Source of the DNA: Dudresnaya verticillata
Lineage: Eukaryota
Assembly (NCBI GenBank): GCA_977862235.1
Contig: OZ374558.1
Coordinates: 496,001 to 560,000, forward strand
DNA: 64,000 nt
Reading direction: 5' to 3'
In this document: positions 38,186-49,461 of the stretch, piece after piece
Layout of the letters: every line of letters starts with the position of its first letter
Numbering within the stretch: the first letter of the stretch is position 1
The notes under the pieces: generated by a model
What the model was told of the DNA's origin: nothing
Seen by the model: only the letters and a program-made list of their open reading frames with translations
The model's database searches: none
Program-made: the position numbers and the translations under genes

Positions 38186-38808
38186 TGTAGTAGAAAGGCC
38201 CTCGGCCAGGTAGTCGGCGATAAAACGGCGCGACAGCTTTCCTGGGGACAAACACTCACGGTGGGCGGTAGCTCAAAGGAAAAGGGAAAAGGGGTGTGGT
38301 AGAGACTTGTAGTGGGTGTAATACCAAGAAACAAAGAAAAGGGAAAACCAACCCTACAGCATAGAGCAATCGTCGTACACGATAGAGCTTGTAGACGCCC
38401 AAGGCAAGGGAACAACGGTGGCACCGTAGGAAGACCAGAAAATGAGTACAGCCCAAAGTACACACCGCTGCCGGCTTAGTCCGGGGCCCCTGCTATTCAG
38501 GGGCCCAATAAATACGGCGGGAAGCCGGAAATGCTACCCACTCTAAGTTAGAGTTATAATACTGACAGTTACCGAATACTGTACACTAATGGTGGATTAC
38601 AATCCAATGATAGGAATGAGTGGTAGTACCACTACGAGGTACAGGCGCGCTGCTGTCTGGCGCGCAATGCCAAAAATATGGGTGACCATGATTAATCAAC
38701 CAATGGGACTCGGCCATCTCAACCATCGCACCCTCGGGCGCCTCACGCCTTAGAGGCGTTGTTTGTACACGTGTGTGCTTGCAGCGCTCGGGCGCTCATT
38801 ATTCCACA
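38186..38808 (-). repeat. 3' LTR of element C
   Basis: Direct repeat of 60637-61259 (about 19 substitutions by eye). Confidence 0.95.
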
Positions 38809-39494
38809 CGGCCCCCTTCTTAAAACTCAGCGACCCAGCTCAGTACAGCAATGCTGTTTCCAACGGTTCAGACCGTTGAGATATGAAATCTCGCCGAAAA
38901 GATTGGCCCAGCCAAGCGCGCTGTTTCCGAATTTCCAGAAGCATCCGCAGACGTTCGTCGGCGCATGCGCCAGATCAGCCCGGCAAGAGCCGTCGCCGGT
39001 GGCTCGCCTTTGGCGCCACGAGTGGTATCGATAACTCGACACGCCAGACGGGGCGTCTATTTCAACCTCGGCGCAGAGCCGACTGTGCTTCTTTCGCTCT
39101 CTAGGTCATCCACCGACTCGACTCGCAACCTCCACACTCCTGCGAGTCTGCCCTCTTGCTTCATCGCACTTCCGACCCCCTTTCACCCTAGCCACTTCGC
39201 AACGACTCGCGTCGTGTTTGGGCGCGTCTTCCTGCCGTGCTGCGCAGTGCGCGGGCGTGTTTCTCCTTCGTCTCGTGACACAACACGCTTGCGTCACCAG
39301 ACGACTGGCGTCGTTTCGCCCAGAAGCATCGCTCGAGCGATTCAGGTCGCGCTCGCCTTTCTAACGATCGGCTTTGGAGCCGACGTATTTCAAGGAAGGC
39401 CTCCGCGCCTTAGAAGTATAGCTTTGGGTCAATCCCACTCGCGATCCTGAGAACTCGAGACGTCTCGCGACGTGGGGTTCCCATCATCATAGCG

Positions 39495-41515
39495 ATGAAC
39501 AACTCGGGCCTTGCCTATGGAGAGGCTGGATTTAGCGCGAGCGTCCTCGGCCACGAAGTGAACTCAGCGGGCGTGCTGATGGCCATCAAGCACAGTCGCG
39601 ACTGGTTGGTGCGCACCGACCTGGCTCACATCAAAGCCCGTGCGGGTGCTGGTCGGGAAGATATCCAACGACGCGGTGGACGCGTGGCGCAAAGCCGGAT
39701 ATGGAACAGCGTGAGCCGTGCGCGGGTTGAGATGCTGACCGGCACAAACCGTTTCGTTCCCGTCCTTCAGGGAGAGGCTTCATGTTACCTGTGGGACCTC
39801 GCATATGTGCGATTCAGGCATGAGGTGTTCTTCACGAACAGCGTGGCGGGAAAGCTTAACTATCAACTGGAGATGTTGCGTGAAATCAGCTCGCGTGGAT
39901 GGTGGGACCTGCGTATGGTCAACCACGCTCGTCCGCTGATTCGGAAGGGCCGGGATAATTACCCGTAGACGTTAGCCCGCATCGTTCGCTGGGATGAGTC
40001 CACGAATCTAAAGTACGCACTTGACAATCCCCAAACGGCCAAGCCGTTAGCGTACTCGCGTTTCGAGCGACGTCAGCGCCACAAGACGGGGTGTCTCATC
40101 CCGTGTCACTGTCAAGAAATGGTTGCCATCAAACCAGAATATTATAGGGCGAAGTACCCTCAGATCCCTGACGACCATGTGTCGTACGAAGTGTCATACT
40201 CAATGCCTGTGGGAACCACCCTATTGTGGCTTACTTCGGGTTGAACATGATGGCGCGAGCCATGGATGAGAGTATCCTTTGGAGTCTTTTTCGACACGAG
40301 TGGATCGTCTTAGTCGCTCAGACTCTCGTCTATGAGGCTCATCACGGGATGCTGTGTTTCATGAATCATCCCCTTCGCGCTGCCATCAGCGAGATGGGTA
40401 TCGACAATTTGTCGGCGGACGCCGAAGATGCACAGGACTTGAAGGCCCTTCTGTTATTTATAGACCGCATTCGGTCGAGCCGAATCTCCAAGCGGAATCG
40501 CCATCTCCCCGAGAATACCGGTCATTTCACTCCTGTGTATGACCGAGGAGATTGGTTGGACTTTGACCCAGAAGATTGGCATCCGGTGTTCCCGGACTTC
40601 TTGATTCAGCCTGAGCTGACAGAGGAGAGACCCCTAGTCTTGGATGAGAGAAACCGCATCACCTGTGTTACTCAAGGGTGGGTGAGTGCCAGTTGGCAGG
40701 ACCCCGGTCCGGAGACTCCAGGGGATGTCCCTTCATTCAACGACACTGTCGATGGTCAATCTCAAGGTCCGTACGCTCCCGCGTCAACTGGCCACGGTAA
40801 GGCCAATCACGTCTTGCGTGACGTCTTCAACAAAAGTGGGTTGGCTATCCGCATCGCGGTGCACTGGGAGCTACGGAATCTCACCGTTAATAGCCTCGCC
40901 GACTGGGTCGGGGAGGTTATGGTGGACTATCAGCCCCATTGGATGAGGAATCCGGGTCCTGTGGAGCGTTTGGAGAAGCTCCGTGCCCACTTGTCGAGGT
41001 TTCCGCCTTTGAAGGGATACCCCAGTGATGTTGACATCAAACCGCGTTTGGGCGCTGGCCATTCTGCGACGCCGCGAGTTAAGAAGGAGTCGGCTAATGT
41101 CGATGGTTTGGATCCGCGTGCTATGACAGGTGGTGACACCTCGGTGATTCCTCGTGAAGATTCAGCTGTGGCACCTTCGGCCAGTCATGGAGCGACAATA
41201 TCCCACTCGGCTCCCAATCCGATCAAGACAGCGGGCGCCTCCTCATCGACGATAGCGCCGGCTGCCCCTACGACACAGATGCCTGTCTTCATCACTACTG
41301 GCGAGTTCCTCAACACGATCTCTCCCCGAGATGATTCTCGGGGTCAGCCCGAGGCTAGACGCTCCAAGGGTGACTCCCTGGTTGTCAAACCAAGTGGCAC
41401 CGGCCACGAGAGCGGGAAGCCTACGGGTATCGCGACTGGGCCTTCGCCAACTGCTGGAGAGTCTAACGTAGCTCGGCAAGATGACGTTGTTGTGAAGACT
41501 GAACTCTTCGTTTAG
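39495..41515 (+). pseudogene. Antisense accessory ORF of element C (homologue of the A and B antisense ORFs)
   Basis: ATG at 39495, TAG at 39966; frame continues (..QIPDDHVSYEVSYSMPVG) and shifts near 40220 into PIVAYFGLNMM..LWSLFRHEWIVLVA..GDWLDFDP. Ser/Thr/Pro/Ala-rich tail. Confidence 0.7.
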
Positions 41516-42844
41516 GAAGAAGACGAAGTGGCCTCACTCATACAGGGGAGCCAGACTTATGGCGTTGATGCCATGGAAGTGGACCAGCCAACGGCCTGTC
41601 GCCGTGCGTTAAGCGAGTTAGAGGGGATTCGGCGCGGTCGTGGTCTGCGTCGCGGAGGGGGAAGTCGTCACGTCGTGCGCGAGGTGCGACGGGTCGTCGT
41701 ATCCCACTCGGCACCCAACCGAATCCTCTGTTGGGTGAGGATGAGGTTATTGATCTATTATCGGGCTAGCCGAAGTTGTCCTTCTTCGATTAATGGCTCG
41801 TTAGCCAACGTAATTCGCCATACTTGGGCAAGAGCGGCTTATCCGCTGAAGTAAAGTGACTTGTTGGTGATTGTGTCACTTCGGTATAGCCGATTTTCAA
41901 TAGTAGAGCCAACGACTGAGGTTGTACTCACTAACACGCACCCGCGACTAGGCTCCGAGAGGGCCCCCATCGACTTTCGTCGAGTGACTGCCTTTAAGTC
42001 GGGGCCGTCGCCCCCTTTTCTTGTCAATGTCCTTCCCAATCTGAGAGGGGGCTGCGCGCACGTGCGTGTCATACTCCTCAAGGGAGTTGGTGGCGAGAGC
42101 CGGGGATGTTGGGGCAGTGCCCCGTGGCTTGTCGTGCCAAACGATTAGGATTCGTTAGTCAATCCGCCTCCCTTGCCGCTTTGGCCAAATCAATTAATGC
42201 CAGCAGTGATAGAGGCTACTCTACAGTAGACTAAAAATGTACTGTAGAGTTGCGCGCTTTTTGGCGCCAACCAAGGCGGGGGCTCTTCAGCCATAGCTGA
42301 TTCGCGCTCATTCCGCCTCTAATGGCGTTTGGAGTTATACACCGTCCTTTCCTTTGGAGGGGGTCGTTAATATCCCCTAGTCGTCGTCGACAAGGTTGTG
42401 TGTGCCACGTCTGCTGCCGGCGGGTCACCGTTATGGTGAAGCCACTTCTCCATGGTAGTGAGACTCACCCACGACGGCCTCGTAATAGCGACTGAGTTAT
42501 AAAAACTCTGCTAGGGCAGACGAGTGTAGTTTTGGGAACTCCCACCACAATTAGTACAGTGGTGGATATATCCAATATGAGGGCAGAGCTTCACTTCTGG
42601 GTTTCAATCCCATAAGGTGCTGGAGCATATCCCCATGACGTAATTTCCAAATAGGTATAAGGCTTCCTTCCTAACGGCGTAGTATTGTTTTCTATACATG
42701 TGAGCGTTGGCTCAAGTCTTATTATTACAGGGCTGTACCCGCGTCCAGATTTCCCTTGATCTCATCTATTCCAGGTCTTGAACCTTCTGTACATCTATCC
42801 ACATCTATCCATGACATCTATCCATTTCTTGAATATCCATTCAT

Positions 42845-45800
42845 CTATCCATTTCTTGAATATCCATTCATCCTTGTCAAGGACTTAACGGGGCCGTAAG
42901 CCTCTTTCTGTAGAGCGCTTATCGCCATATACTCACGAGACTCCACGTCTTTTCTTATCAACTGAGCCAGTGCGTCTGCAGCTGCCCCTGGAAGGGGGAT
43001 CTTTTTTGAACGGTGGTATTGTCTGACTAAATTGTCAGGGAGATGATCCCTTGGCTCCCAGGTGTCTTGCGACTCTGGGCATTGGAACCACCGAATACGG
43101 TACTTATGGGTATCGGCGTCATAGTCGACGATTTTGTCATACACGGATTCACGTGGGGGTGCTTTCTTATAGCGGGAAAACTTACGGCGAGGCGCCGTCA
43201 CATTATCCTCAATCATCGGCGTTGCCGTCTGAGCGGCAGGCGGACTTGACTCTTGTAAGAGTTGTGTGGCGTTACCGCCTTGCGATAGGGTAACAGGTAA
43301 TTCTGTGGGGGGTATGTTAGGAGAAACAGGGCCTGCGGTGTTGTCGATATTGTCGGTGTTTCCAATTAATGGAGGGAGGGCAGTCGTCGCATTTGCTGGT
43401 CCCACAACCTCTCTTGAGCGTTCCTCATATTGCGTTCTTGGCGCCCCTTCCGTAGGAGTTTCATCAGTGGGGTCTGGCCCAGAAGGTGGTTGTACATGGT
43501 CCCTGGATTCTGGTGCCTCACCAACCATCGTGGAGTCCTGTCCTAGGGCTCTGAGCTCTTCGTCTGACGAGGGCGCCAAGGTCACGCGGTCCAACGAGAT
43601 TGACTCTCGCTCGCCCTTGACTTCAAGCACGACTGTGTGCGTTCCTCTCTCGAGGACCTTATAAGGCCCCAGAGCCTTTGGGAAAGTTTTCCTTCTCGCG
43701 CTACGCCTCTAGCGTCTTTCATCTTAGTTTCTCTTTCGAGAAAGACCCATTGTCCAGGACGTATCTTCTGATTGCTCAGACGCATGCTGTTGTTGAAGTT
43801 AGCTTCGTAGCGACGTTGCGCTAATTTTAGCCGAGGCAACGCTGTATCCACCAGCCTCTCAAGTATAGCAGTCAGCCGCTTCTTGACATTCGTCGCAGGT
43901 ACGTTAGCCACGTCGACCGTTTCAGCTTTCTCTATTAGGATGGAAGTAGGTGGGTTGGATAGAACTAAATCAACGGGCGCGAATCCCGTAGCCCGATGAA
44001 CGGTCGTATTATACGCATACGTCAGTGCCGACGGGAACTCGTCCCAATCTTTTTGATCATCTGCGATGAAGTGTCTCAACCCTGCTAGAAGGGTGCGGTT
44101 GAACCTTTCGGTCTGACCATTGGTCTGCGGGTGATATGTAGAAGTGAACATATTACGAATACGGAGGATGCCACAGACGGCAATAAAGAACTTGGAAGCA
44201 AACTGCGATCCATTGTCGGACAAGACGTAACGGGGTGGCCCGTAGATATACACCCAGTGTTCGCATAAGGCTCTCGCTACCGTATAAGCCGTTACCGTCT
44301 TCAACGGGACTACCCGTGTAAGTTTCGAGAAACGATCGGTGATGACGAGAAGATACTCGTTCCCTTTGCTTGATCGCGGCAGCGGACCCGAGATATCAAT
44401 TCCTAGGAATTCAAGCGGCATAGTAGCCGGAAATAACTTCACGTGCGAAGTATGTTTCCTCAACTGGACTCGTTTCATCGCTCACTTGACACAGTTACGC
44501 ACATTCGAGTAAACGGCAACGGCCATGTCTGACCAATACAATTTCCTTCTCAAGTTGTGGTACATCCGTGTGCCACCAGGATGGCCAGCCATATCCAGGT
44601 ATTGCGCAAGATGTAGGACTGTCTCCTGAAGAACTCTAGGTATGACTACCTGTAAAGCTCGGTCAATGTAAGACCTTCGGACTAGGAGTCCGCGTTCGTC
44701 TTCCAGATAGCATCCCGGTTTTCCCGCTTCGATGGCTAATCGGATACCCTTACAGAATTCATCTGTTCGTTGGGCGCAAAGGAGTTCCTCTATTGTGAGG
44801 AGGGAAAGACTCTTCTCGTCCACTTTCTTTTCAGCCACGTTGGCTATCAATTGCTCGTCCTCGAGACCCAACTCGAACGAATTGTCTTCGGGTCCCATTT
44901 CCTATTCTTCCAAAGGTCGCGACCTGGTGTCGGCTCGCGATTCTTCCTTCGCCGAAGGGTCAGGGGGATCTTCCCTATCACTATCAGCGATCATGAAGCA
45001 GGGGATCTCGAGATCCGGTTCCCACTTAGTAAACCCATAGGTAGGTAACCGTGAGACGGCGTCAGCAATCTGATTCTTCTTTCCCTTACGGTATTGAACC
45101 GTGAAGTCATATTATAAGAGACGCAAGCGCCATCGCGCTAGACGTCCGGACGCGTCCGTCATGCTCATCATCCATTTGAGAGCCTCATGGTCGGTATAGA
45201 GGTCGAAATGAGACCTTTCCAAATATGGTCTGAGCATCTGTGTAGCCCAGACTACAGCGAGGCATTCCTTCTCGCCGACGGAGTAATTCCGTTCTGCTGG
45301 TGTTAGGCCCCGACTCCAAAAGCCAATAGGGTGTCGAGTCCCGTCGGGTTCCATTTGCATTAGGGCGCACCCTATTTCGTAGTCACACGCGTCGGTATCG
45401 ACCGAGACGGGTCTGTCTTCCTTAGGAAGTCGGAGTATCGGCGGCGCGATGAGGGCTTTCTTCAGTAAAGCGATAGCTTCGCGTTGCCGTTCATCGAATG
45501 GAGGTAATTCGAAACCAACGTCCTTCTGTAGGAGCCTATTAAGTGGAGACGCTACGCGTGGAAAGTTCGGTACCAAACGTCTATAGACGTTGCATAGCCC
45601 AATGAACGACCGTAGTTGCGTTTGCGTCGTAGGTTCCTTGAAGCCTTCGATGGCTTGTGTATTTTTGGTAGCTAACTCCAGGAGACCAGGTCGGATCAAG
45701 TGTCCAAGGTAGTCCACGGTTTTTGTGAAGAAATTGCACTTCTTCAACTTGAGCGACACACCCGCTTCCTTCAAAACAGAGAGGATCTCTTGAAAGTGAC

Positions 45801-46047
45801 CTAAGTGTTCGTTGACACTCTTAGAGAAGACTATGATTTCGTCCAAGTAGACGAGACAAGACTTCCATCGGAATCCCGATAATAAAATGAAAACTGTTCG
45901 TTGAAACGTTGCTGGTGCGTTGCACAGACCGAATGGCATTCTGCAGAACTGAAAGAAACCTGCATGACAGGTAAAAGCGGTCTTTGCTTATCCTCCGCCG
46001 CGACTGGTATTTGCCAGTACCCTGAATTGCAATCAAGGGTTGTAAAA
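42845..46047 (-). pseudogene. pol: Pol of element C, 3' part: RT, RNase H, integrase, chromodomain
   Basis: TLDCNSGYWQI, MPFGLCNAPATFQR, YLDE, TDAC, GHPG, SDNG, YHPQTNGQTERFN, YDKIVDY..YRIRWFQCPESQDTWEP. Confidence 0.93.
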
Positions 46048-46721
46048 TGTGGTGAAGCGGCCGTTGTGGAGTGCCGACGACGGTTGAGCCGAACCGCGAC
46101 CGGCGCACCGGTGAGCTGGCGCCAAACACCGAAACAGGAGTGCAGCGACACAGTAGCACTGTACGCCTTGCTGGAGTCTGCGCGCACCACCAATAGGAGT
46201 CAAATAGTTGATTTGTTTGTAATTAGGTAATTATAATCATGCTGTACAGTACGTAGTGTCAGCCGGCCAATAAGAATGCCGAGCATGTCCGCAACGGTGA
46301 CCGGGACCAGTAGGGCTGGACCCACCTGGTGGACCAGACCCATTGGGGTCTGGTACACACGGACCGGACCGCGGGGCGTATCTCCCAGTATATTAATGGG
46401 TGGCCACCGCGAGTCCTACAGTAAACGGGTACGCAACCCTGGGCAAAGTGACTTACCGTAGGCCATACCCTCATACTCCTTTACGGTTTCCACTCGCCAG
46501 CCCCGTGCACGGATTCCTCTTACCTCCGTCCCGGTGTAGCTGCCCTGGCACTGTACCGTCCCCTTGTCTGTTGCGTCCCTTTACTCCTTACAGGTGTTGC
46601 CGCTCGAGGTACTCCCTTCGGTCTACGAATAAGCTCTACCACCCCGGTGCCGTGTGAGATCACTCCTTATTGGGATTGCCTGATCAGCTCTCCTTACAGG
46701 TGTGCCTTTCACTTCACCACA
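46048..46721 (+). repeat. 5' LTR of element I
   Basis: Direct repeat of 55301-55974; TGTGGTGAAG...CTTCACCACA. Confidence 0.95.
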
Positions 46722-46885
46722 TCTTTTTGGTCTCCCGACCTAGAAGACCGTCAAGGTAGAAGAATCTCCGTTGGACTCCGCTTCGGTAGGAGGTCAGCTT
46801 CGTGACAACTCCGTATTGGTGTAAAGGCAGGACAAGGCAAAACACTCGTTGACTCCGTTTTGGTAACCTAATAATAGAAGAACAG

Positions 46886-49461
46886 ATGGACCCTACCGTA
46901 TCGGATCAAGGTGAGGTGCCGTCAACCCCGAGATCACGCCGCGGTGACGATAACACCGTCCCGGAGGTGCCCTCTACTGCGAGAACACGCCGCAGTGAGC
47001 CCACCGAACCGAAGGTAGCCTCAGCCACGAGAACACGCCGTGGCGACGCTGCCGACCTGAACCCCGGTATGTAAAACCCCGAATAACTCCTTAAAGGTGT
47101 AGCCAGTAAGCTCCCGACCTGGTTCAGACACTTTCCGCAAGGGTGTATCCAAGCCAGGTGACTCCAATCGTGTCCATTGGATACTTTCGGAGGTCATCCC
47201 ACGGGTGTTGGAGCATCTCCGTATAGAGGTGCAACCCAACATGGTCAAGGAGGTTGAGACCACGCTCGCCGACACCGTTCCGGTCATTGTTAGCTCCTAC
47301 CTGGAGAAACACCTTCCGGAGTTGGTACAGACGCTCATCCGTCAGGAACGTCAGGCGTCGGAGATCGAGCAGATGCTCATCCCCGGACAACCCCTACCGG
47401 GACCCAAGGAGCAGCCCTTTTCTGGATCTACACCGATACGGAATAACTTCCCGGTCAAGGGAGAAACGACGTATATGCCATAAATCCCCACTCAGGTGTT
47501 TCCGCCGGATCCGGTAAGGACAGCGGCCTAGGTTACCTACCCAAACTCAATACACCGAATTGGATCCAACACACCAACCCCAACCGAATCGGAGTACGGT
47601 CCCTGGACCCGCAGAAGTGCCTGCGGGGGAACGTATCACCGTGCCGGTGGCTTCGCGTAGAGGCAGTGAGCACTCCGATGGTGACTCCAAGAAAAAACAA
47701 GACCGGAGTGGTAGAGACAGTGCTGACAGAAAGGCCAAGGACTCCCACTCCGATAAGGAACGTGACCGTTCGCAACGGAGCAAACGCGCTTCGAGACGGG
47801 ACAAAGAACACTCCGGTACGGAATCAGATGATAGCCAACACAGCAATAGGAAGAAGAATAAGCGCAAGTCGCGCCATAGGCGCCGAAAAGGGCATGACTC
47901 CTCCCATTCCTCCGGCTCTGATACGAGCTACTCCGATACGGATAGGGACGAGCGGCGTCGGGCCAGAAAACACGACGCCAAACACCGAGAGGTCGACAGG
48001 CCACTCCCAAAGGTGATCCGGCCCCTGAACGACAGGTTCGTGAAGGCGCTGGATTTCCGAACATACCGACTGGAGAAAAGGAGTTCATACTACAGCTCTA
48101 GCTTGTCTCAGAATATGGGACGTATCCGCAAAAAGCTGGAGGTGCAAATGAAGTCCCACTCCTTTAACGGTACAGACCCCATCACGGTCCTTGGATTTCT
48201 CGCGAAGTTCAAGGATGCGTGTAACATCAACTCCATTTCGGAAGGAACCGCACTGTGGTGTTTCCAGTTTTTCTTAAGTGGACAGGCTGAAGCTTTGCTT
48301 CAAGCCCGTCTCGCTGGTGGCACCATGGCGGTCGACGAGGAGCAAGCAGAGATGCTTCGCACCTACACCGAAGTGGTGAACGTTTTGCTAAGGACTTATG
48401 CTACCGATGAGGTGATTGCCGAAGGGTATTCGGACGTAACGTCGTTTCGACAAACGTCGGGCTTAACGGAAGAGCAATTCTCCAACCAACTTTGGACTAA
48501 GGCACTCCGATGCGGTACAGTATTCTCCGACAGGTCCCTCAAGTCGCTGTTTGTGGAAGGACTCCTACCGGGAACGTGTCAGCAGATGCGCAATTATCTA
48601 GCAACACACCCCCATATGGATTACCAAGCCATCACCCGCTACGCTAAAGGGCTTGGAGAATCCCATCGGGCAACCAGACGCCAAACCTCAGCGGTGCACG
48701 TCTTCGACGGAAAACCTAAGAGTCAGTCACGAAGTTCTGGCGTTCTGTCGATCGGATCTCCATCGGAGTACACCTACTCTGAATATCCAGCTGAATCGGA
48801 GGAGCATGTACTCGCCCTGGAAGGTAGCGCGGGTCGAAGTGCCGGCACCTCGTCGGGGGTTACGTTCACTACAGCGTACTCTTCCCTACCGAGTAGTGTA
48901 TACCCTACTCCGCCTCGGACTCCCAACCTTCGCCCACCAGCGCCACGGATGCCACCACCCCGGCAGCCCCGCTACGGACCGGCTGATAGCCGCTACGGCC
49001 CCGCCACACACCGACAGGGGACCAAAGGGCAGAATCCCAGCCATATCGGACACCCCCACGGCAACACGCCTCCCCGTCAAGGGCAGGGCCAACACCGTAT
49101 TAGAAAACAATCCCCTGCCGCAGAGCATATGGATCACACCTCACCGGATGTCAGACGCCTCTATGGAAGCGGCTACTGTCGCTTGTGCCTCTCCCCGGAC
49201 CATGTAATTTGTCCGTATCTGAGCGACACCGAAAGGGGTCCCCTGATGGAAGAGCGCGAGCGCAACTATCAGGCGCTCCTCCTCAAGCGGCAGGCATTCG
49301 CCAACTCCAATACGGGAAATCGTCCGCCGGGTAACTACCAGCAACGCCCAGCGCGGGTACTGACTGTCGATGGTGGTGCGGTTGGTGAGCCCCCAGCTGA
49401 TATGGTGGAGGAGGCACTCATGGCGCACCCCGACTAGGAAAACGTCGCAGGAGACGTGTAA
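46886..49461 (+). pseudogene. gag: Gag of element I (frameshifts/stops)
   Basis: Pieces 46886-47074, 47205-47483 and 47560-49437. Similar to A gag. CRLCLSPDHVIC motif. Ends ENVAGDV*. Confidence 0.85.

Noticed and set aside
42800..42872. Short tandem duplication at the end of C pol
   Set aside because: Local slippage; no evidence of function.
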